Below, piece by piece: positions 53,240 to 64,000 of a stretch of DNA of 64,000 nt. Source of the stretch: Octopus vulgaris (taxonomy: Eukaryota); the NCBI GenBank assembly GCA_951406725.2, contig OX597825.1, positions 248,001 through 312,000 on the forward strand, read 5' to 3'. Within the stretch, counting starts at the first letter, position 1. Each line of letters opens with the position of its first letter. Both the position numbers and the translations under genes were made by a program. The notes beneath the pieces are model-generated. The model saw only the letters and a program-made list of their open reading frames with translations, was not told the DNA's origin and searched no databases.

Positions 53240-56145
53240 ATGATATAAACCTAACCATTAAAGAAGCAGATAAAGGAAGTACAGTAGTAGTGATGGACAC
53301 AGAGTACTATAAAAATTTAATACTCTCCATGTTGGAAAACAATCTTCTATGAAAAGATAGAGCACTATAAACCCCAGAAGACACTTAAAAACTTATCCTC
53401 CTTACTTCAAAAACATGGATAGGGCCTCATTAAAAAATTAATTGACTATTTATCTAATTTTAAATACAGACCAAGTCTATTCTACGGATTACCTAAAATA
53501 CACAAAAATCCACATATTAGTAAAGCTTGCAAAGATTTTCCAAGCTTATTCATTAATGTTTCTCCCCCTACTGACCTCAAACTAAGACGCATCATTGCTG
53601 GCCCTGCTAGTGAAATCCACTGTTTGAGGAATTTCCTTGACATCTTACTGAAACCATTTAAAAAATGTGAAAAGCTTCATCAGGGATGATTTAGTCATGC
53701 TCAACCACCTCCCGAAAACAATAAATGAAGGAACCCTGTTAGTATCATTCGATGTGGTGAACTTGTACACAAATATCCCACATGACTATGGTATAGAAGC
53801 AATCACCTTCTGGCTAGAAAAATACCCAGAAGAGATCCCAGGACGCATCAACCACAACTTCATAATTGCAGCACTGGAATTTATCCTACAAAACAACTAT
53901 TTCATGTTCGATATAGTTTACTATCGACAAAAATGTAGAATTGCAATGGGAACTCGAGCTGCCCCAGTGATTGTGAACCTTGTAATGGGTTATCTAGAAC
54001 TTAAAATATACCAATCATCATCATCATCATCATCATCATCATTTAACATCCGTTTTCCATGCTAGCAAGGGTTGGACGGTTCGACCGGTATCTGGTAAGC
54101 CATGGAGGCTGCACCAGGCTCTGGTCTGATTTGGCAGTGTTTCTACAGTTGGATGTCCTTCCTAATGCCAACCACACCGTGAGTGTAGTGGGTGTTTCTT
54201 ATGTGCCACTGGCACATGGGCCAGAGCAGGCTGGCAAATGGCCACAATCGGTTGGTGCTTTTTACGTGTCACCAACACGGATGCCAGTCAGGCGGCGCTG
54301 GCATCTGCCACGTTCAGACAGTGCTTTTTACGTGTCACCAGCACGGATGCCAGTCAGGCGGCGCTGGCATCTGCCACGTTCAGACAGTGCTTTTTACGTG
54401 TCACCAGCACGGGTGTCTTAACTACAATTTCCATTTGATTTTTACTTTGATGTTGGTGTTAACGTACTTGACTCAATAGGTCTCCTCACGAACAGCGGGT
54501 CACTCTACGATCCAAGGTTAGCACAGCGGCCGTCCTGCATATCACTACAAAAATATGGTACCAAATTTCATTGCTGTTTAAAGGAGAACTAGAAGAGGTA
54601 CTTAGATGATTACTTTACGCTTTGGAACGATAGCATGGACAAACTCCTCAATTTCAAAATAATGCTCAACAATATCAATAGCAACATACAATTCACTATG
54701 GAACACAACAATAAACAACTCCCTTTCCTTTACATCCTAATTAAAATAGTTAATAACTACATTGAAACGGACATCTTCTATAAACCCACAGATTCTAAAC
54801 AACACCTATTATTCAATTCATGCCACCCCAAACACACAAAAATTAATATACCTTATAATCTAGCGAAAAGAATCTGTACCAAAGTTTTAGACAACTATAC
54901 TCATGAACAAAGACCCCTTGAACTTAAATTAATACTAATCAGGATGGGATTAAAGCAAAGGAAATAGGCATACAAACAATAAAGGAAGTTAACTGAACTA
55001 CTACACCAGATTTAAAAACTCCCATACATTTCCACACACAACCCTAGAAATAAGGAGGCCTTCAACATCATCATCCAAAATCTACCCATTCTCACTGGAG
55101 ATAAAACAATGAACAAAATTTTAGGCTCACACAAAATTATCAAGAGCAAAATGCAACCAAAATCATTGAAAAAAATATTAACCAGTGCAAGACTATATCC
55201 ATTAACAATGGAACCAAAAGTGAAAAAATTAAGGTGGCCTAACTGTGGTACATGCCCCCCAGGTTTTGGAGGGTACAGAGTTTCACTTCAAACAAGGTGA
55301 AATATTTAAGACTAGCAGTATAACCCGGCTTTGCCTGGGATTAAGTTAGGATTATTAAGCTAATCAAGTTCTTTCTTTCAAACCAAACTAAGTAACACTG
55401 ATGTTAAATTTGGGCAAAATCCGTTGAAATTGGTTTATATATATATATATATATATGAGCAACACACACACACATATGTACGTGCATACACCTATTGCAT
55501 ACATGTTCGTGTGTGTGTGTGTATTGCCTGTATATCAACTAAGAAACTTTTTTCCTCCATGGAAAAAAAACCAACAAAAGTCTTAACAAAAACTCCTGTT
55601 TGCAAACAATGGTGATTTCTCCGACTTGAAAATTGTTAAAAGTTTTGGTTGAAAATTTATTTTTACTGCTATTCGCTGTTGCCTCTGGGAAAAATAAGTT
55701 GACGAAAATATAGCTAGGGTCATGACGAATGTCCTAAAATTGGAGCTACATGCGTGCTAATTTGTGGACGTGCAGAAATTACATTCATGTACACACACAC
55801 ACTTCCTGCCTTTTATATATACAGATAAAATCAAATTTCACCTGTGCCTCTGAAAACTTAATATATGCTATTACCAGCTTAGGGTGCGGAAATCACTATA
55901 TAGGCCAAACAGGAATGTCACTCCAACGAAGAATGACTCTTCACAAAAACAAATCCGCTACCCACAATACAGACAGATACAGGTCAGTGAGCACATAGAA
56001 AGATGTGCTAGGAACCTTAAATCAAACTTCCTAATTTTCCCTTTTATCATTGTTCACAGAACACCTCAGTTCAGCAAAGATTAAATAAAGAGGCAACTTT
56101 CATTAATAAATATCATCCACAGCTCAACATGAACACACAACTTAA
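53240..56145 (+). mobile_element. Decayed Penelope-like retroelement (RT + GIY-YIG endonuclease)
   Basis: ADKGSTVVVMD, FYGLPKIHK, LVSFDVVNLYTNIP, IAMGTRAAP, RYLDD, DIFYKPTD, SCHPKH, then NLIYAIT..CGNHYIGQTG..RMTLHK; many frameshifts/stops; interrupted by two insertions. Confidence 0.92.
55312..55825 (-). mobile_element. Non-autonomous Helitron inserted in the Penelope ORF
   Basis: Minus strand 5' TC, subterminal hairpin CCCAGGCAAAGCCGGG, 3' CTAG, A|T target; removal restores EIFKIKSNFTC. Confidence 0.85.
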
Positions 56146-56483
56146 TACAGGACACTACTAACCTTACCAATACCCATAATTCCACTAATCTCCTACACCA
56201 TTCATATTCCAGTATTTATATCTACCTTAATTGCATCACCTGCCTTGCATGTAATCTTTTCACTCAGGTACTAGACCCATTGCTATTTGGAAATCAGTGT
56301 TCATTCAGTGATCAGCTCTGACGATACTGGTATCACTATGAATTTCTATAATGACACATAATAATGATTTTTATACTTCATAATTCCACCTCATATCATC
56401 TAATTGTATGTATATATCTTTGCTTTTCTTAAAAATGCCTTTATTTTTTATATCTAATGTACTTTTCCTTTATTTTTTCTTTT

Positions 56484-56519
<36 letters not shown>

Positions 56520-57245
56520 TCATAAATGAGGGTGAAAAATTAGATATTAATTTAATAATACCATCAGTTTAACACCAAGTGGCCTAGCACATAAAAACCA
56601 GGGAGACAGTACAAATTTATACGTAAATATAAGAGAGTTAACGTTAAGTGGTTAACTCTAGTGCTAGAAATAGCTCCTTACTCTGGTATAGCCACCAAAG
56701 TTGTTTCCACAAAAGAAACAACATTACCTTCAATGTAAGGAAAGTGAAATACAACGAAAAGATAGATTAATGCTGAACAATTGTTTCTTTATCAATATAA
56801 TATGCAATTATACTCACATATTTATCTATAAGTCATCGGCAGCATTTGTCCTCGATACAATTTATCAGACCCTCATGGGCGATAAATACCCATGTGGTCT
56901 GATCGATTGCATACATAGTTGTGGTTATATATATGTGTGTATGTATGTGGAAGCGCAATGGCCTAGTGGTTAGGGCAGCGGACTCACAGTTGTAGGATTG
57001 CAGTTTCGATTCCCAGATTGGTCGTTGTGAGTGTTTATTGAGTGAAAACACCTAAAACTACATGAGCCTCTGGCAGGGGGTGGTGGCAATCCCTGCTGTA
57101 CTCTTTCGCCACAACTTTCTCTCACTCTTTCTTCTGTTGGCCTGCTTGCTTAGCCAGTGAGGTGGCATCACTTGAAGGCTAAAACAATGCGAAGCGCATT
57201 GTGACCAGCGATGTATAGCAACATCTGATAGCCTGGTCGATCACG

Positions 57246-57276
<31 letters not shown>

Positions 57277-57307
57277 TCTTACAGTTGCCATATCTCATTC
57301 CATAACA

Positions 57308-57394
57308 GATACCTCTGAAGAGCAGAGTGTTACATAATCGAACAGTTACCTAATACTCCTTTGAACCCCTAGTATGAAACCAATTGGTAAGATC
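57308..57394 (+). ncRNA. Degenerate hammerhead-like motif
   Basis: CTGAAGA at 57315; GAGTGTTA/TAATACTC helix; GAAA-CCAATTGG-TA; stem I and base of stem II are weak. Confidence 0.45.
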
Positions 57395-57610
57395 GGCTGT
57401 AATGGCTATTGATCAATGTGGGTGTGTGTGTGCATGCATATGCATATGTGTATAACATACATATCTGTGTGCATGTGTGTGTTTGTATGTATCTATTTGC
57501 ATGTATATGTGTATGTAGGTATACATGGGTGAGACTATGTGTGCCCTTGTGTTATGCATGTACATGTGTATTTGTGTACATGAGAGTATATGTATGTATG
57601 GGTCTGTGTA

Positions 57611-58938
57611 GGAGGTCTGGTGAATAAGCGTCTGGACTGTTTCCATAGTAACGAAGCTAAACTACTTAGAGTGAAGTGTCTTGACAAAGATTGACCTTGA
57701 ACTCTGCTGTGCATGTGCATTATGTTTTAATGTTCTAGCTCACTTCCGCTGTTTACAGCAGTGTTTGGAAGGAAGATGTGTAGTGTGTTATTGTCACATT
57801 GACCACGACAGAGGCCTATGCAAAGTTGCAGAAAGTGTATGGAGAGGAGTGTATGAGTGGTTCAGACGTTTCCAAGATGGCTGAAAAATGCCGATATTAA
57901 CAAACATTCTAGGAGACCCACAAAAAAACAGAACCAGAAAAAACATCGAAGATGTGCATGCAGCTGTGAGGGGAAATCATTAAATCACCATCCGTGAGTT
58001 ATCAGAGGATATGCAGATTAGTTATGGTTCAGTCCTGTCCATTATCACTGAAGATTTAGGTATGAGACGTGTGTCTCCCAAGTTTCTGCCAAAACTGCTT
58101 TCAGTTGACCAAAAAGACACTTGGGTTTCAGTTCCACAAAATCTCTTTCGTTGTGACGAGAATGATGAAAACTTTTTGAAAACTTTGCGTAGGCCTCAGA
58201 GCAGGTATCACTAAGCTTTTGGCAAAGCCCGCTTATGTGTCCCTTTTCCTTCTTTGGACACTAAACTCTGCTTGCGAAGACCTGTTGAGGCAAGTGAAAT
58301 CAAAATCAAATTTCATGACTGGCATCCATGCTAGCGGGGTGCAAAGAGCACCATACGAGTGTGATCGTTGACAGAGCGGCTAACCAGCTTCCATGCCAGT
58401 GGCACATAAAAGGGCACCATTCGAGCATGATCGTTACCAACGTCGCCTTACTGGCACCTGTGCCCGTGCTAGTAGGGTGCCAAGAGCACCATCCGAGCGT
58501 AATCGTTGCCAGAGCAGCCAACTGACTGGCGCTGTGCCGTAGCACGTAAAAAGCATCCACTACACTCTCAGAGTGGTCGGCATTAGGAAGGGCATCCAGC
58601 TGTAGAAACTCTGCCAGATCAAGATTGGAGCCTGGTGCGACCATCTGGTTCGCCAGACCTCAGTCAAAATCGTCCAACCAATGCTAGCATGGAAAGCGGA
58701 CGTTAAACGATTATGATGATTCTCTGCTCAACTTTCTGTTATGGTCAATACAACGATCACACGCTACACACCTTCCTTCCAGGCACTGCTGTAAACAGCT
58801 GAAATGAGCTAGAACATTAAAACTTAGTGTGCATGCACAGCAGAGTTCAAGGTCAATCCGTGCCAAGTGGCTTCACTCTGTGCGCTTCAGCTTCATTAGT
58901 ATATTAGTAACAGTCTGGATACTTATTGATCATCCCAC
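57611..58938 (+). mobile_element. Mariner-derived element with long TIRs, interrupted by an RTE-tail repeat
   Basis: VYEWFRRFQDG, ITIRELSED, LGMRRVSPKFLPKLL; ~57611-57800 is inverted at ~58745-58938. Confidence 0.8.
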
Positions 58939-59789
58939 ATATGCATGTATGCATGTGAAACTATGAATATATGCTCATGTGTATCTGCACCTACATGTGT
59001 ATACGTACATATTTGTATGTAACATGTGATGTCGAACATGTACATACTAGATAATTATGTTAACTGTAACTTCAACTGCTTTTCGAACTGGAAATCTGAT
59101 GATGCATCTATTTGAGCATTCAGAACGTATATCTTTGAGTTATCATCATCATCATTGTTTAACGTCTGTTTTCCATGCTAGCACGGGTTGGACAGTTCGA
59201 CCGGGGTCTGGGAAGCAAGGAGGCTGCACCAGGCTCCTGTCTGACCAGGCAATGTTTCTACAGCTGGATGCCCTTCCTAACGCCAACCATTCTGTGAGTG
59301 TAGTGGGTGCTTTTTACATGCCACCAGCACAGGTGCCAGGGGAGGCTGGCAGCGGCTATGATCGGATGGTGCTTTTTATGTGCCACCGGCACAGAAGCCA
59401 GTTGAGGCGGCGCTGGCATCGGCCACGTTCGGATGGTGCTTTTTACGTGCCACGGCACAGAAGCCGATCGGGGCAGTGCTGGCATCAACCACGTTCGGAT
59501 GGTGCTTTTTACGTGCCACCGGCACAGGGATCGCAACTACAATTTCCATTGATCTTTGATGTTGATGTACTTGACTCAATAGGTCTCAAGCACATGGTTG
59601 AAACGGTGTTTCTTTACTTGTCACCTGCATAGGAGTCAGTCCAGCGGCACTGGCAACGACCGGGTACCAGTCATAGGATTTGGTTCAATTTTGATTTCAC
59701 TCAGCTAGACGAAAACTCTTCATACCCTCTATGAAATACATTACTTTTCACATCTTAAAAAATCAATTGTTTTTGAAATAACAGATGTG

Positions 59790-61362
59790 ATGTGCAAGAG
59801 AGATGACTGTGCCGATATAGTCATGTGTTGCGAATGAATGAGGACAGCTGTGTGAAAAAGTGTCACACCCTAGCAGTTGAGGGAACTTGTGGAAGAGATA
59901 GACCCAGGAAAACTTGGGATGAGGTGGTGAAGCACAACCTTCGAACACTGGGACTCACTGAGGCAATGACTCATCATCATTGTTCGACTGTGGTTGAGAC
60001 AATGGAATTTACTATGTTACGCCAGACTTCACGGTCCATCATAGCATTACGGAGGTCCCGTTGCTGGATGCCTGTATCGCTGGAGATTACATCAGGGTAG
60101 GAGAGTGTGCGCCCTCTGGTATCGCGAGCAGATGGCTTCCAGAGGAGAAGAGTAGAAATTACCTCGTTTTCAGCTCTACAACAATGTTCAGCAAACTGGA
60201 CTCTTCTATCTTTCACAAGAGATGATACAGGTGGTAATTTCCCATATATTTGTACTTTGGTTGGCAATGACTAGTGACTGAGACCTTTGGAGATATGCTG
60301 TGCTTGAGAAGACCTGACCAGCCAAGTGATACCATAGCCCATGGCCTATGTCAGTGGGTGTAACCAGCCCACTTATGTTTACTCCTCATTCATTGGACAA
60401 TACACTTTGCTTGCGAAGACCTATTGAGGCAAGTGAAGTCAAAATCAAAATCGCTGACAAAGTGGATGACAGGGTGTACGTACTTCGGGAGAAAAGTTGA
60501 ACCTAAGAAGCATCAGATGTGGTGTGCAAGAGAGACAGCTGTGCTGGTATGGTCATGTGGCGCGAATGGATGTTGATAGCTGTGTGAAAAAGTGCCACAC
60601 CCTAGCAGTTTAGGGAACCTGTGGAAGAGGTAGACCAAGGAAAACCTGGGATGAGGTGGTGAAGCACGACCTTCGAACACTGGGACTCACTGAGGCAATG
60701 CCTAGTGACTGGTACCATTGGAAATATGCTGTGCTTGAGAAGACTCGGCAAGCCAAGTGAGACCATAACCTCATGGACTATGCCAAAGTGTAACCAACCC
60801 ACTTAAGCGTACCTTTCCTTCATTGGACACTAAATTCTGCTTGTGAAGACCTATTGAGGCAAGTGAAATCAAAATCGCTGACATGGCCGATGACAGAACC
60901 ACCTGATTGGCACTCTTGCCAGTGAAACATTAAAAGCACATCCAAGCGTGATCGTTGCCGGGGCCCCGGATTGGCTCCTGTACCAGTGACATGTGAAAAA
61001 CACCATTCAAGCGTGATCATTGCCAGCATCGCCTTACTTGTACATGTGCTGGTGGCACGAGAAAAACAACATAAGAGCGTGGTCGTTGCCAGTGCATCTG
61101 GACTGGTTCCCATGCAGGTAGCACGTAAAACACCTTTGAGCGTGGTTGTTGCCAGAACCACCTGACTGGCCCCTGAACCAGTGGCGCGTAAAAAGCACCC
61201 ACTACACTCGGAGTGGTTGGCATTAGGAAGGGCATCCAGCTGTAGAACTCTGCCAGATCAAGACTGGAGCCTGGTGCAGCCATCTGGTTCGCCAGCCATC
61301 AGTCAAACCATCCAATCCATGCTAGCATGGAAAGCGGATATTAAATGATGGTGATGATGATG
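59790..61362 (+). mobile_element. Two tandem RTE family B 3' ends
   Basis: CVKKCHTLAV.GTCGR.RPRKTWDEVVKH occurs twice; ends in TGA tail. Confidence 0.85.
59972..60262 (-). mobile_element. RTE family A nested in family B
   Basis: TSD GGCAATGACT. Confidence 0.9.
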
Positions 61363-62039
61363 TTCATCTATACAAATGTATAAAGTCATCTTTCAACCAA
61401 CAATGTGAATGCTATGTCTAATTATCATTTTTGAATGGCATATTAGACCTACCCATAATATAATTAGTCTGGCATAATTTGGTTAATCTTTCACATTTCC
61501 AAAAATGTCATAACAAAAACTACAACCCATTCCCTACAACATGTACATACACAGACACACACATCTCTCTCTCTCTCTTTTTCTCCTCTTCAAATTCCAT
61601 TTCTCCATTTGACATTCAAATAAATATATCTATTTCTTTACTACCCACAAGGGGCTAAACAAGGACAGACAAACGGATTAAGTCGATTACATTGACCTCA
61701 GTGCATAACTGGTACTTAATTTATCGACCCCAAAAGGATGAAAGGCAAAAGTCAACCTTGGCGGAATTTGAACTCAGAACGTAACAGCAGACGAAATACA
61801 GCTATGCATTTTGCCTGGCATGCTAATGTTTCTGCCAGCTCGCCGTCTAAATAAATATATCATTATTTACATCACCATCGAGGTAGAGAGCTGGCTGAAT
61901 CTTTAGCTGGACAAAATGCTTAGCAATGTTTCATCCATCTTTACATTCTGAGTTTAAATTCCTCAGAGGTCAACAAAGCCTTTCATTCTTTAGAAATCGA
62001 TAAGATAAGGTGGCGAGCTGGCAGAAACATTGGCACACA

Positions 62040-62580
62040 TTTGTACTTTAGTTGGATGACACTTCCACGAGAGATTTTGAGCTCTCATAAGGTGGTGAGT
62101 GCAAGTTCCATCCAACCGCCTCTCAAGCTTCTTTGATAATGTCCAGGTTTCTGAGCCATGTAGTAGAATTGGTTCGACTGTGGCTTTGAAGATTTTAAGT
62201 TTGAAATCTCTACTTAGATTTGATGACCAGATCTTATGCATATCATTACAGGCTGACCAGGCCATACCCTTTCTAGTTAGAAAATCTTTTTCAGATGATG
62301 ATATGTATGACCCAAGATATTTGTAATCAGAAACCATATTTAAGAGCATATTGTTGAGAGTATGGATGATGAAATCACTGTTGTACAGGCACTTTACATA
62401 TTCAGTCTTGGACTCAGACCTACACAATTTGAGGCTTGTTCAAGAGATTGTAAAAGAGACTGGGCATTGGAGAGGAATCACTGATAAGAGCAATGTCGTC
62501 AGCAAAGTCAGTGTCTGTTAAGTGTTCAGCTGGGTGTCTGGAAGTTCTTCTAGGTTTTATTTCAAAGACCTTACCAGAAG
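62040..62580 (-). mobile_element. RTE family A internal fragment
   Basis: FADDIAL to HPTKVQ; no tail. Confidence 0.9.
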
Positions 62581-63463
62581 TGTATTTGCAGGGTCAAGAG
62601 GGTTAACCAATTCAGTGATAACCTACATGTAAAGAAATATATTTTTTCACTTGTAGCCTCACAGTCGAGTGGTCACTGTTGAAATCAAAGTGTTATTAGG
62701 ACTCAGTCATCCAAATGTTGTAAGTACTACATTTTTTTGTTTGTTTGTTGTTATTTTTTGTTTGCTTTTTTTTTATTACCCTGTGCATGTAAGTGAAAGC
62801 ACCTGTCTTTGTTTGTTTGACTGTCATCATCATCATCATCATTATTAAACGTCCGCTTTCCATGCCGGCATGGGTTGGACGATTTTGACTGAGGTGTTCA
62901 ATCAATAAATCACCAAGCGGATCTAATAACTGGTTGCAGTAATGAGGATGTCTATGAAAATGTTCTACAACCATGATACCAACACCATCTAAACATGCCT
63001 CTCTTCAGAATGTCGTATCATTTGACAGGAACATGGTATAAAGAACACATATGAAACTAGGCTGTAACTTTAAATGACTTTAATGCTGGTCACACGCATG
63101 TATACAAGCTGAATGACAAATGGAAATGGTTGATGCGTGGAGGCCATGATCTTCTCCTGTGCGTTGCTTCCTGTTGTCTGCTAGCTGGCGTGTGGTGCCA
63201 GAGAGCCAACTAGATCGCGTCTTTACGGTCTGACGAGAAAAGACAAAGTCGTAAGGCCTCGTGTCAAAATCTCACACTCTAGCGAGCTTGTTTAAACCTG
63301 CTGTACATCAAACAAAATGCATGAATCCAATGAACGATGTTATTGTTTCAGCTTTGATGACTTTAAAAAGTCAAAAGACACATTATTTTTCCTATAACCA
63401 TCTAGGAGTTCAAATACATTTTTAGCAGATAATTTGTACCAATAATCGGCGAGAATAAATAAA

Positions 63464-63835
63464 TCTATATATATAAAGCTGAAGTTGTCTGTGTGTGGAA
63501 GGTTTGGTAGCCTTCAACTAACACTATCTCCTCCGAGACCCTGCGGTGCAAGTTGACCAAAATTGAGAGTATGATAGAAGAAGGGCTGCTCTTCATTCCG
63601 TAGAAGATAAAATTCAAATCGGATCATGTTAACACCAAAAATTATTCGCATCAAAAAGGTGCTTTTTTTCTATGAAAGTCCCTATTTTTTTACGATTTTT
63701 TTACTGCTGTGTCGCCATTTCAACCAGAAAAATGTTTACTTAAAGAGAATAACAAGCTACATAATGCAAAATTTTTACTTTTCAAAAATTCCAATTCTAC
63801 AGGGTCGAAACAAACCCGAGCAACGCCGGGTTGTA
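63464..63835 (+). mobile_element. Non-autonomous Helitron (terminal CTAG lost)
   Basis: TCTATATATATAAAG start; same CCCGAGCAACGCCGGG hairpin at 63815-63830. Confidence 0.7.
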
Positions 63836-64000
63836 AGAATCTTACAAATGTTAAAGTTCAGCCTTGCTATATCGAACCAAGTGGATACCAATATACCAAC
63901 GTACTTCTTTTGTAAATAAGAAAATAAAGAGTAATATATATTTTTAAGGTTGCGTTCTTGTTCCTGACTGGTAGATTCTGGAAATTAAAGAAAGGAAATT

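Noticed and set aside
59096-59135. CTGATGA-TGC...GCA hammerhead candidate
   Set aside because: No GAAA directly after stem II; the core is sequestered in a hairpin
63220-63258. CTGACGA-GAAA...GTC as a hammerhead
   Set aside because: No stem II between the core halves and stem I is out of register

Overview
AT-rich, repeat-saturated animal genomic DNA. The SINE/RTE/microsatellite repertoire suggests an octopus (coleoid cephalopod); this is inferred from pattern, not from a database search. One host gene is supported: the first two coding exons of a CaMKIV-like Ca2+/calmodulin-dependent kinase on + (22839-22927, 29013-29091). No third exon was found by eye, so the remaining ~35 kb is probably intron 2. 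Most of the rest is transposon debris: several RTE LINE families, CR1-like and Tx1/L1-like fragments, tRNA-derived SINEs, mariner/Tc1/DD41D, hAT and piggyBac MITEs, Helitrons (one with a Pif1 helicase fragment), three solo LTRs with 4-bp TSDs and a decayed Penelope-like element (RT + GIY-YIG). Most six-frame ORFs are artefacts of these repeats. The most notable signal is non-coding: at least five sequence-unrelated minimal type-I hammerhead ribozyme motifs with palindromic stem III (best at 5936-5994 + and 46327-46458 -), mostly in short modules next to (TA)n microsatellites, some of them fold-back. These resemble non-autonomous Penelope pLTR / retrozyme-like elements. Coordinates of degenerate repeats are approximate.
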